Made by a program: the position numbers and the translations under genes | Notes under the pieces: model-generated | Database searches by the model: none | What the model was told of the DNA's origin: nothing | The model's input: the letters and a program-made list of their open reading frames with translations, nothing else | In this document: positions 9,275 to 18,629 of the stretch, in pieces | How the letters are laid out: every line of letters begins with the position of its first letter | How positions within the stretch are numbered: position 1 is the first letter of the stretch | Source: an uncultured Acidobacteriaceae bacterium | Lineage (GTDB): Bacteria > Acidobacteriota > Terriglobia > Terriglobales > Acidobacteriaceae | Length of the DNA stretch: 64,000 bases | Direction: 5' to 3' | Assembly (NCBI GenBank): GCA_963838935.1 | Contig: CAWITH010000035.1 | Coordinates: 84,536-148,535 of the forward strand

Positions 9275-10480
9275 ATAATGGCCCACAACTTTACGCAGCG
9301 CGTGAATCACATCCTCCACATCCTGCGCGGTCATGGAGTGGAACATAGGCAAGCTGATCAGACGCTCATAGGCGTCTTCGGCCACGGGATAGCTGTCTTT
9401 GGCATTGGATTGGAAGCGCTCGCGATAGTACGGATGTTGATGGACTGGAATGTAATGGACAGTGACTCCGATATTTTCCGCCCGCAGCGCTCGAAAAATC
9501 TCACCTCGCCCCACTGAAAGGTTTCCCAGGTTGAGTCGGATGGGATATAGGTGCCACGCCGGATTGACGCCGTCGCGCACCGCGGGAACCAAAATTGCGG
9601 ACAAATCCCGGAAGGCCGCCTTGTACCGCGCCGCAATTTCCCGCCGTCGCGCCAGGTTCGGATCCAGCCTCTTCAGTTGTGAGAGTCCCAGCGCGCAGGC
9701 AATATCCGTCAACCTGTAATTGAAACCCAGCAGGACCATCTCGTAAAACCACTGGCCCGCTTCCTGCCGCTCGCGCGCTTCGCTGCTGATGCCGTGATTG
9801 CGAAAGCGCTGCAGCGTCTCGGCGAGCCGCGCATCGTTGGTCGCAACCATGCCGCCTTCCCCGGTGGTCAGGTGCTTCACGGGATGAAAGCTGAACACGG
9901 TCATGTCGGCAATGCCGCCGACGCGTTTCTCCCGGTATTCCGCGCCGAGCGCGTGGCAGGCATCTTCAATCAGGAGGGCTCCACAGGTTTTCGCCAGCTC
10001 CCCCAATTCATCCAGCGCGGCGGGATGTCCCGCGTAGTCGACAGCAAGAATAGCTTTCGTGCGGGAAGAAAGTTTCCTCGAAACTTCGCCCGGATCAAGG
10101 TTCAGTGTGTCCGGCGAGACGTCGGCGAACACCGGCGTTGCGCCCTGGTACAAAATGCAGTTGGCGGTCGCACAGAACGTCATGGGGGTGGTAATCGCCT
10201 CATCCCCGGGCCCCAGACCGGCGGCAAACGCCGCACCGTGTAATGCGGCCGTACCCGAACTGAAGCTGACCGCGTGCCGCGCCCCGATCCAAGCCGCAAA
10301 CCGTTCCTCGAACTCAGCAACCTTCGGCCCCGTGGTCAGCCAGTCCGACTTCAGAACTTCAACCACCGCCTGGATATCCGCGTCATCCAGGCTTTGCCGC
10401 CCGTACGGCAACAATTTTCCACGCACGGGCGTACCCCCATGCATGGCGAGCGTTTCCAGTTTTGTGGATATAGGACTCAT
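9266..10480 (-). CDS. pseC: UDP-4-amino-4,6-dideoxy-N-acetyl-beta-L-altrosamine transaminase (DegT/DnrJ/EryC1 family)
   Basis: 404 aa. PLP-lysine region FSFHPVKHLTTGEGG and family-typical FNYRLTDI. Lies immediately downstream of pseB with a 1-nt gap. Confidence 0.8.
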   Translation of the reverse strand: MSPISTKLETLAMHGGTPVRGKLLPYGRQSLDDADIQAVVEVLKSDWLTTGPKVAEFEERFAAWIGARHAVSFSSGTAALHGAAFAAGLGPGDEAITTPMTFCATANCILYQGATPVFADVSPDTLNLDPGEVSRKLSSRTKAILAVDYAGHPAALDELGELAKTCGALLIEDACHALGAEYREKRVGGIADMTVFSFHPVKHLTTGEGGMVATNDARLAETLQRFRNHGISSEARERQEAGQWFYEMVLLGFNYRLTDIACALGLSQLKRLDPNLARRREIAARYKAAFRDLSAILVPAVRDGVNPAWHLYPIRLNLGNLSVGRGEIFRALRAENIGVTVHYIPVHQHPYYRERFQSNAKDSYPVAEDAYERLISLPMFHSMTAQDVEDVIHALRKVVGHYGR

Positions 10481-10481
10481 G

Positions 10482-11492
10482 CTAAGCGGAGGTTGGAAGC
10501 GCCTCCGTGGCGCTGGTTTCTGGCGCTACCAGTTCTTCCAGTTCGCGCCGCGTCAGCCAGCGCTCGTTCGTGTCGCTCGAGTAACGAAAGCCCTCCGGCA
10601 AGGGCTTGGCGTTCACCCAGTTTTCCGATTTCCACCACGGATGCGACGGCTGAATTACGTACATGTCCTCGGTTTCGAGCGTTTGCCGCGACTCGTCTTC
10701 CGAGACCAGCACTTCATGCAGCTTCTCTCCGGGACGAATCCCGATGGTCTCCACCTGGCATCCGGGAGCGATGGTCTCCGCCAGGTCCAGCAGCCGCATG
10801 CTGGGAATCTTGGGAACGAAAATCTCGCCGCCGTGCATCTGCTCCAGGCAGTGGATCACAAACTTTACGCCCTGTTCCAGCGTCAGCCAGAACCGGGTCA
10901 TGCGAGGATCGGTGATCGTGATCTTCCCGCGCCGGCGCTGTTCCACAAAAATCGGAATCACGCTGCCGCGGCTGCCCACCACGTTCCCGTAGCGCGCGCA
11001 GCTGAAGTGCGTATTCTTCGCGCCCGCGTATGCATTGGCCTGCACAAACACTTTTTCCGCGCACAGTTTTGTAGCCCCATAAAGGTTGATCGGATTCACC
11101 GCCTTGTCGGTGGAGAGCGCCAGAATGCGGCGCACACCCTGATCAATGGCCGCATCAATCACGTTGCGGCCGCCCATGATATTGGTCTGGATCGCTTCGA
11201 ACGGGTTGTACTCGCAAGCCGGCACCTGTTTGAGCGCCGCCGCATGCACCACCAGCGTCACGCCCGCCAGCGCCCGTTTCAGCCGCTCGACGTCCCGCAC
11301 GTCTCCAATGAAATACCGCATGCTGGGATGGTCGAAGCCTGATGTCCTCATCTCATGCTGCTTCAGTTCGTCCCGGCTGAACACCACCAGCCTGTGCGGG
11401 TGGTAGTCGCGCAGCATGATCTCCACAAACTTCTTTCCGAACGATCCGGTTCCACCCGTCACCAGTATTGATTCTTGCGGCCAATTCACCAT
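10482..11492 (-). CDS. pseB: UDP-N-acetylglucosamine 4,6-dehydratase (inverting), FlaA1/PseB type
   Basis: 336 aa. Motifs LVTGGTGSFGK, STDKAVNPINLYGATKLCAEK (YxxxK) and ARYGNVVGSRGSVIP are typical of PseB/Polysacc_synt_2 enzymes. Confidence 0.85.
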   Translation of the reverse strand: MVNWPQESILVTGGTGSFGKKFVEIMLRDYHPHRLVVFSRDELKQHEMRTSGFDHPSMRYFIGDVRDVERLKRALAGVTLVVHAAALKQVPACEYNPFEAIQTNIMGGRNVIDAAIDQGVRRILALSTDKAVNPINLYGATKLCAEKVFVQANAYAGAKNTHFSCARYGNVVGSRGSVIPIFVEQRRRGKITITDPRMTRFWLTLEQGVKFVIHCLEQMHGGEIFVPKIPSMRLLDLAETIAPGCQVETIGIRPGEKLHEVLVSEDESRQTLETEDMYVIQPSHPWWKSENWVNAKPLPEGFRYSSDTNERWLTRRELEELVAPETSATEALPTSA

Positions 11493-11596
11493 TCCTGTCC
11501 CTTCAAAACCCCAGAGGAGCCTTGTTTTATCGGGTTAGTCCTTGTGCTCGATAGTATAGCTGAGGAGCATCAAGGTAACAGCATTTCAGCGTAGCG

Positions 11597-13384
11597 TTAA
11601 GCGCTCGCTCCCTCAAAGTGCGCTTCGATTTCTTCCAGCGTCTTCCCCTTCGTTTCCGGCAGGAAGACCGCAGCCGTTATGAAGTAAACCACAGTGCAGG
11701 CGGCAAAACCAAAAAACATGGCGGCATAACCGTGCTTGCCGACCGTCGGCAGAAATATGGCAGCGATACTGGTCGAAACCGCCTGGTTGATCAGCAGCGC
11801 GATGCTCATGCCGTTGGAGCGAATCCGCGTCGGCATCAGCTCCGAAAGCGCCAGCCACACGCAGACTCCGGGGCCTATCGCAAAAAACGCCATGAACACG
11901 AAAAGCGTGATCGCGACCAGCATTCCACTGCGTACGCTGGGAAGTGGTGTGATCAGCGCGTTGTCGATTCGCAGCGGCGCCTGGCGCGCGGCATCGAGAT
12001 TGCCAAACGGATTCGAAAAGAACGCCACCACTTTGTTGGCGGGCACCGAGCTCTCACGCGTGATCTGGATCGGGGTCGCAGCGGTATCGTCGGAACGCGC
12101 CGCCGTGGTTGCAGCGCGGAAGTCCCCATACGAATAGATGACGACCAAAGAGGTAGGACGACTCCCCATCCGCTGGGTCGCGCCGCCCGGTGTGCTGAGT
12201 GATGCGCCAAGCAACGTCTCCGCCAGCTTCTGGTTATACGTGATTGTGACTTTCTGGTCCGCCGTAACCATCGACTGAACCGAGTTTCGAGCATCCAGGC
12301 GCAGGCGCTCCGTCTGGCGGAAGAGTAGGCCGGTGCAGATCAGCGAGAGAATAATCCCGGCCGTCCCCACCGACAGCAGGAACTTGCGTCCTTTGCGATC
12401 CACCAGCAGGACGCCACCGATGGTCATTAGAAAATTAACGATGGTGAAAAGAACGTAGCCCCAATGCGCCTGAACGTCGGAAAGACCACTCTGCAAAAGA
12501 ATGTTGGTGTTGTAGCCGATGATGGAATTGATCCCCGTCGCTTGGTTGCACGCCAGAATGACGCAAGCCAGCACAAACGGAATTACGTACTTGCGGCGCA
12601 AGAGCGACTCCCTAACCTTGGCCCCGGTTGAGGTTTTCGCTTTTTCTGCGGCTGCGACTTGTTCCATCTCCGCCAGCTCAACATCCGCTTGCTGGTTGGT
12701 GCGAGAGCGCAGAAGTGCCGCGTAGGCCGCATCCCGTTTCCCGCGCAGAAACAGCCAGCGCGGAGATTCCGACACCATGAAGCCACCGATCACGAACAGT
12801 ACACCGGGAGGCAGCGAAACCCAGAAGATGCTGCGCCAGGCAGTGTCTTTGAAAGCGAGGAGGCGCGCGGCATCGCCCAACCTCGCCACTTCTTCGACGC
12901 GGCGGCTGAAATACATGCCCACGATGGCCGCCGTCACAATCCCAAGCGTCAGCAGCCACTGGAAAATTCCCGTCCCCTTGCCGCGGCTCGCCGCCGCCAG
13001 GCATTCCGCCAGATAAAGCGGGACCACGACACCGATCAAGCCGGCACTGATGCCCTGCAGCAGGCGGCCCAGCACCAGCGGCTCATAGCCATGCGAGAGC
13101 GCAATGATGGGAATGCTACAGACAAAGAGCAGCCCGCTGAGGATCATCAGAGGCTTGCGCCCCATCCAATCCGCCAGGGCACCGGCAAACAAGGTCGAGA
13201 TCACACTGCCCAGGAGCACGGCCGCGACCACGAAGGAAAGCTGGCCCGCGTTGAACCCGGACGTGGCCTCCAGATATGGATATGCTCCCGCAATAATGCC
13301 CACATCCACGCCGTACAGCAGTCCGCCAAGCCCTGCGACCAGCAGCAGGAATCGGTTGTAACCAGCTTTTTCGTCGTTTGCCAC
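11597..13384 (-). CDS. MFS sugar porter with a ~130-aa extracytoplasmic loop insertion
   Basis: Sugar-porter signatures DWMGRKP, PESPRWL and PETKGKTLEEIE, with 12 hydrophobic segments. Residues ~356-486 (coordinates ~11927-12319) form a non-hydrophobic insert between predicted TM9 and TM10. Confidence 0.8.
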   Translation of the reverse strand: MANDEKAGYNRFLLLVAGLGGLLYGVDVGIIAGAYPYLEATSGFNAGQLSFVVAAVLLGSVISTLFAGALADWMGRKPLMILSGLLFVCSIPIIALSHGYEPLVLGRLLQGISAGLIGVVVPLYLAECLAAASRGKGTGIFQWLLTLGIVTAAIVGMYFSRRVEEVARLGDAARLLAFKDTAWRSIFWVSLPPGVLFVIGGFMVSESPRWLFLRGKRDAAYAALLRSRTNQQADVELAEMEQVAAAEKAKTSTGAKVRESLLRRKYVIPFVLACVILACNQATGINSIIGYNTNILLQSGLSDVQAHWGYVLFTIVNFLMTIGGVLLVDRKGRKFLLSVGTAGIILSLICTGLLFRQTERLRLDARNSVQSMVTADQKVTITYNQKLAETLLGASLSTPGGATQRMGSRPTSLVVIYSYGDFRAATTAARSDDTAATPIQITRESSVPANKVVAFFSNPFGNLDAARQAPLRIDNALITPLPSVRSGMLVAITLFVFMAFFAIGPGVCVWLALSELMPTRIRSNGMSIALLINQAVSTSIAAIFLPTVGKHGYAAMFFGFAACTVVYFITAAVFLPETKGKTLEEIEAHFEGASA

Positions 13385-13427
13385 AGTGCCAGCCCTTTCG
13401 TCTTTACCAGCAGAAGTCGATCAAATT

Positions 13428-13455
13428 GTGATCCTGAGCGAAGCGAAGGACCTGC
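13428..13455. repeat. REP-like element (GTGATCCTGAGCGAAGCGAAGGACCTGC)
   Basis: Shares the core ATCCTGAGCG...CGAAGGACC with the element at 45654-45712. Intergenic between glk and the sugar porter. Confidence 0.6.
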
Positions 13456-13485
13456 TTTTGCGCCGCGCCCAGTTAAAGCCGGCGA

Positions 13486-14475
13486 TCATGGCTGAATCAA
13501 GCTGCTCAAGGCCTGATAAGCAGCTCCCAACATCGGGGCGTCATCATTCACGACCACCGATATCGGGACGCGCGCCAGCACCGCTGCCAGTTTGCCCGCC
13601 CCACAGAAAACCTTGAAGAAGGCGTCCTCCTGAAGCTTGGGCAGGATCTTTGCCGCGATGCCGCCCGCGATGTAGACGCCACCAACCGCCATGGTATGCA
13701 ACACGAAATTTCCCGTCGTCGCAGCATAGATTTCAGTCCAAAAATCAAGCGTCTCTTGGCAAACGGCGCAGGACTTCGCAAATGCCCGCTGCGTAATTTC
13801 GCTCGCGGCATTGCCCTCTGGAGATTCGAACGACGCATGACGAACCGCAGGATTCAGAAATTCGTGAATTCTGCGAAAGCCCCGCCCGGAGACAATCTCC
13901 TCGCACGACACATGCGGCAACTGCGACCTTAAATGGCTCAGCAATTGCAACTCACGTTCCGTGCGTGGTGCAAAATCCGCTTGTCCTCCTTCGGCTGGCG
14001 CGACGCGATGCTTTTCGCCATCCCAGAAAAGAAGAGCCTCTCCCAACCCGGTTCCCGCCGCAATCACGCCTCTGGTCGCATGATGCCCGGGGACTCCGGG
14101 GTTCAGCGTTACAAAGTCTTTCGCAGGCAGCCGTTCCAGACTCAGAGCGGTGGCGATGAGGTCGTTCAACAATTGTATGTTGCTCAGGTTCAGCTTTCGG
14201 GTAAGCGCTGAGGGGTCGAGCTCCCAAGGCAGGTTTTCGGAGTAGCGCTGTCCCTCGACCACCGCGCCCGCCACGGCGAACCCCGCGGCGTCGATTGCCG
14301 GCCCGCTTGCGTCTTTATCTGCCGCTTGTTGGAGGAAAGCTTCGATGAGATGTTCGAATCCAGTGTAGTCCTGGGTTGCGAGACGGCGCTGGAAGACGGA
14401 ACGAAGAACACGCCCTTCTGGCTGAAACAACCCCAGGTTGCACTTAGTGCCTCCGATGTCCCCGGCCAGAATCAT
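13486..14475 (-). CDS. glk: glucokinase
   Basis: N-terminal ILAGDIGGTKCNLGLF ATP-binding motif and glucokinase-family length. ATG 14475 is preferred; the longest ORF begins at 14523. Adjacent to the sugar porter. Confidence 0.8.
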   Translation of the reverse strand: MILAGDIGGTKCNLGLFQPEGRVLRSVFQRRLATQDYTGFEHLIEAFLQQAADKDASGPAIDAAGFAVAGAVVEGQRYSENLPWELDPSALTRKLNLSNIQLLNDLIATALSLERLPAKDFVTLNPGVPGHHATRGVIAAGTGLGEALLFWDGEKHRVAPAEGGQADFAPRTERELQLLSHLRSQLPHVSCEEIVSGRGFRRIHEFLNPAVRHASFESPEGNAASEITQRAFAKSCAVCQETLDFWTEIYAATTGNFVLHTMAVGGVYIAGGIAAKILPKLQEDAFFKVFCGAGKLAAVLARVPISVVVNDDAPMLGAAYQALSSLIQP

Positions 14476-14612
14476 GATCGTTCGATCAGTCCCTGCGCCC
14501 GTTGAATTGGCAGCGGTTCGCAATAACTAACGAAAGGGTGAATCTTATCAGAGATGCTTACAGACAGTTGGCAGGACAATCAATTCAGAAGACTAAGCAG
14601 GCCTCATGGCCC

Positions 14613-15329
14613 CTACACGTCCGCTTCGGGCGATGACCGCATTGGCTCAATCGCGTGCAGACCGCACTCCGTCTTGCTCGTGCCCGGCCAGCGTCCCGCC
14701 CTCGGATCTTCGCCCGGTCGGATGGCCCGTGTGCAATGTGTGCAACCGATGCTCGGATAATTCTGATCATGAAGAGAGTTATAAGGCACGCCGTGTTCGT
14801 GGAGATAGCGCCAAACTTGTTTTGCTGACCAGTCGGCGATCGGATTAACCTTCACCAGCCCGAACTTCACGTCCCACTCGATTTTGCGGACGTTCTTGCG
14901 AAATGAGGTCTGGTCGCGGCGGATACTAGTGATCCAGGCGTCTAATTCGCTCAGCTTGCGGCGGAGCGGCTCGACCTTCCGCAGGTTGCAGCATTGGTCG
15001 GGATCGCGGGCCCAAAGCGCCGTTCCGTGAACACGTTCCTGCTCCTCGGGCGAGAGCGCCGAAAACACTCGCTCGACTTTGATTTCATATCTTTGCTCGA
15101 TCCGGTCCATCAAGCTGTAGGTCTCGGGAAACAGGAATTCGGTATCAATGGTGAAAAGGCGAAAGTCCTTGCGTAAGCGCGAAGCCATATCAATCACCAC
15201 CATGCCCTCGGCGCCAAACGCCGACGAAATGGCCACTTCATTGCCAAAGGTTTCAAACGCCCAGGACAGCACACGCTGCGGATTCCAACTCTCTGCCGTC
15301 AACTGCACTTCTGCAATTTTGTCTTTCAC
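14613..15329 (-). CDS. cysH: adenylyl-sulfate (APS) reductase, thioredoxin-dependent, Fe-S type (CysH family)
   Basis: C-terminal KTECGLH catalytic motif plus the cysteine pairs CCNLRKVEPL and SIGCTHCT. These distinguish APS reductases from PAPS reductases. Confidence 0.85.
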   Translation of the reverse strand: MKDKIAEVQLTAESWNPQRVLSWAFETFGNEVAISSAFGAEGMVVIDMASRLRKDFRLFTIDTEFLFPETYSLMDRIEQRYEIKVERVFSALSPEEQERVHGTALWARDPDQCCNLRKVEPLRRKLSELDAWITSIRRDQTSFRKNVRKIEWDVKFGLVKVNPIADWSAKQVWRYLHEHGVPYNSLHDQNYPSIGCTHCTRAIRPGEDPRAGRWPGTSKTECGLHAIEPMRSSPEADV

Positions 15330-16165
15330 GCAATCGTATCCTCATTCACTCGTGGGTGCGTTTCTTGCGACAGGGCTGTTTTGAAAAGCATTTCGGGCGC
15401 GACAAATTCCGCCGCCATCGCGGCAGCATCGGCCAACCGCACGACTTTGCCAACGACCAGCAGCGTTGGCGACGCCAGTTGTGGCGCGCGATGCAGGTCC
15501 AGCACAGTCGTGCGATAGGTTCGCTGGTAACGGGTGGTGGCGCGCGAGATTATAGCGCAGGGTGTCTCACCAGCTACCCCGGCAGCCGTCAGCCTTCTGG
15601 CAATGTCCGAGTAATTCTGCCCCGGCATGTACATCACGAGCGTCGCTCCACACGCGACAAACTTGCTCCAGTCGGAGTCATCTTTCTCGGCAGCGCCTTC
15701 TCCCGAAGGGCGGCGTTCCGAGGCTCGATGGGCAGTGACCAGCACTAGCGCCGACGACGTTCGCCGATCCGTCAGCGGAATCTGTGCCGCAGCGGCCGCT
15801 CCCAGAGCCGAAGTCACGCCCGGAACAATCTCGAAAGCAATTTTGTTGCGGCGCAAGCATTCGATCTCTTCCCCGGCGCGTCCGAAAATCAGCGGATCCC
15901 CACCCTTTAACCGCACAACTTTCAGACCGGATGCCACCAGCGCAACCATCAAACCGTTGATCTCCCCTTGCAGGATTTTCTTTTTCCCGCAGCGTTTGCC
16001 CACGTTATGAATCTGGGCGGTCGACGGAATCAACTCCAGGACCTCCGGCGCAACCAGGTCGTCGTGCAGAACGGCGTCGGCGTTTCGCAGCAGCCGAAGC
16101 GCTTTCAACGTCAACAACTCTGGATCGCCCGGCCCCGCGCCCACCAGATAGACTTTTCCTGTCAT
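15326..16165 (-). CDS. cobA: uroporphyrinogen-III C-methyltransferase
   Basis: Begins MTGKVYLVGAGPGDPELLTLKALRLL. The start ATG 16165 overlaps the stop of the upstream gene (ATGA). The 110-aa N-terminal extension of the longest ORF is Arg/Gly-rich and was rejected. Confidence 0.85.
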   Translation of the reverse strand: MTGKVYLVGAGPGDPELLTLKALRLLRNADAVLHDDLVAPEVLELIPSTAQIHNVGKRCGKKKILQGEINGLMVALVASGLKVVRLKGGDPLIFGRAGEEIECLRRNKIAFEIVPGVTSALGAAAAAQIPLTDRRTSSALVLVTAHRASERRPSGEGAAEKDDSDWSKFVACGATLVMYMPGQNYSDIARRLTAAGVAGETPCAIISRATTRYQRTYRTTVLDLHRAPQLASPTLLVVGKVVRLADAAAMAAEFVAPEMLFKTALSQETHPRVNEDTIA

Positions 16166-16776
16166 GCTCCCTCTCTTTTCACAATCATTCCTTCGCGTAG
16201 CTGTGGAACCTTGGCCAGCGCCGCTTCGAACGCTTCCCGGCTTGCCAGGGAGTGCAGCAACTCCCACTTGCAGTCCTGATCGAGATTGCTGGCGAGAATG
16301 AGCCGTCGAGTCTCGCCCAGCTGCCGAACCCACTCCGCGTATCCCTCTCCAAACTGCCGTTCCAGTAGCCGCCGCAGTTTCTGCGCCAGGGCTGGACTTT
16401 GCCCATTGGTCGAAATCGCAATCTGCAGGTCTCCGCGCCGCACCACCGCGGGATAAAAGAAATCGCAATACTCCGGAACATCCGCCACGTTGCACAGCAC
16501 TCCGCGTCGCTGCGCCTCGCGATGAATGAGTTCGTTCAGCCGGCGCGAAGCCGTTGCCACCACGGCGAGATACTTGCTGTCGAGGTCAGTCGCCAGGAAA
16601 GAGCGCAGATCCAAATTGATCTTCCCTGCGCTGGCCCATGCACGGACTTGTTCGCCAGCCGTGAGCGCAACCACCTGGATATGTGCACCGGTGTCGATAA
16701 GCCCACCGATCTTGGGCTCGCCGACTTTGCCCGCGCCCACGACCAGGCACGGCTTCCCCGCGAGCTTCATGAACAT
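16162..16776 (-). CDS. precorrin-2 dehydrogenase / sirohydrochlorin ferrochelatase (CysG N-terminal / Met8-SirC-like)
   Basis: Begins MFMKLAGKPCLVVGAGKVGEPK (Rossmann fold), followed by LQIAISTNGQSPALA. The start at 16776 lies 11 nt after the sulfite reductase stop. Confidence 0.75.
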   Translation of the reverse strand: MFMKLAGKPCLVVGAGKVGEPKIGGLIDTGAHIQVVALTAGEQVRAWASAGKINLDLRSFLATDLDSKYLAVVATASRRLNELIHREAQRRGVLCNVADVPEYCDFFYPAVVRRGDLQIAISTNGQSPALAQKLRRLLERQFGEGYAEWVRQLGETRRLILASNLDQDCKWELLHSLASREAFEAALAKVPQLREGMIVKREGA

Positions 16777-16786
16777 TGGGAACAGG

Positions 16787-18517
16787 CTAGTCACCGTCTC
16801 CTCCAGCCAATTGCGCCAGACTTTCAGATCCGGCGGCACTGGCCGCGGGCATCTCGCGCGGGACCGCGTCCACGACCTCGCCCGCCAGGAACTCCCGCAA
16901 CTCCGTGTCGGTGTGGCGGGCAAAAAACTGCCGCAGGTTCTCACCCGCCGTACGCGCCGCGAGATAATGCCGCAGCAATCTCTCGATCGCATCCGGAACC
17001 TGGGTCGCAAGGCAGCGATATCCCACGGGCCGTGCCGTCGCCTGATGCAGTCCGAGCGCGCCGCCCAGGCAGAAGTAATACGCATCGACCAGGCGCCCAT
17101 CGACCTTCATCTTTTTGCCGTCGATGCCGATGTCGGCAATCCAGTGCTGTCCGCAACTGTTCGGGCATCCCGTAACGTGCAGCTTCAGGTGCTGATCGAA
17201 TCCGGGCAGGCGCTCTTCCAGTTCTTCCACCAGCCAGCGGGAAAAGCTCTTGGTTTCCGTGATCGCGAGCTTGCAGAATTCCGTTCCGCTGCACGCTATG
17301 GTGCCGCGAAAAAAAGACGAGCCGCCTACGCGCAACCCAATGCCATCCAGTTCCTTGGCCAAGTCCTCCGCATTCAACCGGGGGACGTTCACGATGAGCA
17401 GGTTCTGCATGTTGGTCGTACGCAGTTCGCCGCCTGCGAAGCGGTCGGCGAGATCGGCAGCGGCGTGCATCTGCTCCGCCATAATTCGCCCGCGGAGCAC
17501 CGCCGCTCCCACGTAGCTGTAGCCCGGTTGCTTCTGCGGATGAATTCCGACGTGGTCGCGATAAACATCCGCGGGTGGCGTTTCCTCGACCGCAGGATCG
17601 AATTCAAATCCAATCCGCCGCTGTAGTTCGTCCAGAAAACTCTCTGCCGTCCACCCATGCCGCAGGAAAAGAAATTTCAGCCGCGCCCGCTCGCGATGTT
17701 CCCGCAACACATCTGAGTCGCGAAACAGCTCGGCAATCCCCTTAATGGCGGGCAAAACCTGGTGCCAACCGACGAACGCGTTTAATCGCGCTCCCAGGTA
17801 CGGTTCGGTGGAGAGCCCTCCGGCAACTCGCAAGGAAAAACCCGTTTCGGGCGTTCCGCCCAGCGTGCGCGTCGCTGCCGTCAACCCAACATCATTAATC
17901 TCCGGATACGGGCACCACACCCGGCATCCCGTAATCGAAATCTTGAATTTTCGGGGAAGGTTGTAAAAGTCGCCATTCCCTGCCAGCATTCGCGACGCTT
18001 CCAGCGCTAAGGGCGAAGCATCGCAAATCTCGTCCGCGTCCACCCCCGCGACCGGGCATCCAGTGACATTTCGCGTGACATCGCCGCAAGCGCTCGTCGT
18101 GTTCAATCCCACGCGTCCGAGCGCTTCAAGCAGATCCGGAAGCGCCTCGATCGTGACCCAGTGCAACTGAATGTTTTGGCGTACGGTGATGTCGGCAATG
18201 CCGTGCGCATAGCGGCGGGCGAGGTCGGCAATGGTTCGCAGTTGTTCGGAGCGCAGCAGACCGTTGGGGATACGGATTCTCACCATGAAGCGTTGCAGAG
18301 CCCGGCCTTCCCCGCCCTGGCCGCCGGTTACGCCCGCTCCATCGCCCTGCGTGTACACGCCCCACCAGCGAAAGTAGGTCCCCAGCCACTCCGGCGGAAT
18401 GGACTCGAACCCCTCGCGCGCGAAGCGCCTTATTTCCTCCAGGCCTTCCCATGGATTCTTGGCGCGCTTAAGTCGCTCGACTCTCTGCGCCTTGGTTTCT
18501 GTGGCTGTGTTCGTCAT
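16787..18517 (-). CDS. sir: ferredoxin-type sulfite reductase hemoprotein (nitrite/sulfite reductase family)
   Basis: 576 aa. N-terminal NPWEGLEEIRRFAREG...YFRWWGVYTQ and siroheme/4Fe-4S cysteine clusters (TGCPNSCGQ). Operon context with cysH and siroheme synthesis genes. Confidence 0.85.
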   Translation of the reverse strand: MTNTATETKAQRVERLKRAKNPWEGLEEIRRFAREGFESIPPEWLGTYFRWWGVYTQGDGAGVTGGQGGEGRALQRFMVRIRIPNGLLRSEQLRTIADLARRYAHGIADITVRQNIQLHWVTIEALPDLLEALGRVGLNTTSACGDVTRNVTGCPVAGVDADEICDASPLALEASRMLAGNGDFYNLPRKFKISITGCRVWCPYPEINDVGLTAATRTLGGTPETGFSLRVAGGLSTEPYLGARLNAFVGWHQVLPAIKGIAELFRDSDVLREHRERARLKFLFLRHGWTAESFLDELQRRIGFEFDPAVEETPPADVYRDHVGIHPQKQPGYSYVGAAVLRGRIMAEQMHAAADLADRFAGGELRTTNMQNLLIVNVPRLNAEDLAKELDGIGLRVGGSSFFRGTIACSGTEFCKLAITETKSFSRWLVEELEERLPGFDQHLKLHVTGCPNSCGQHWIADIGIDGKKMKVDGRLVDAYYFCLGGALGLHQATARPVGYRCLATQVPDAIERLLRHYLAARTAGENLRQFFARHTDTELREFLAGEVVDAVPREMPAASAAGSESLAQLAGGDGD

Positions 18518-18560
18518 AGTCGGTCACCCCGGACTGTTTCCCCCACGCTGTCTGAGCCCC

Positions 18561-18600
18561 AAAAAACAAAAACCCACCGCCAGCTTGATCTGGCGATGGG
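18561..18600 (-). terminator. intrinsic terminator / attenuator hairpin in the sir leader
   Basis: On the minus strand, CCCATCGCCAG-ATCAAG-CTGGCGGTGGG forms an 11-bp stem with one G-U pair, followed by TTTTTGTTTTTT. It ends 43 nt upstream of the sir ATG. Confidence 0.65.
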
Positions 18601-18629
18601 TTATAAGTGCCGGTATTTAAAGAGTTACT

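Noticed and set aside
16166-17100. N-terminal extensions of the cobA (to 16495) and sirC-like (to 17100) ORFs.
   Set aside because: The extensions overlap the upstream genes, are Arg-rich, and internal ATGs sit exactly at stop/start junctions (ATGA overlap; 11-nt gap).
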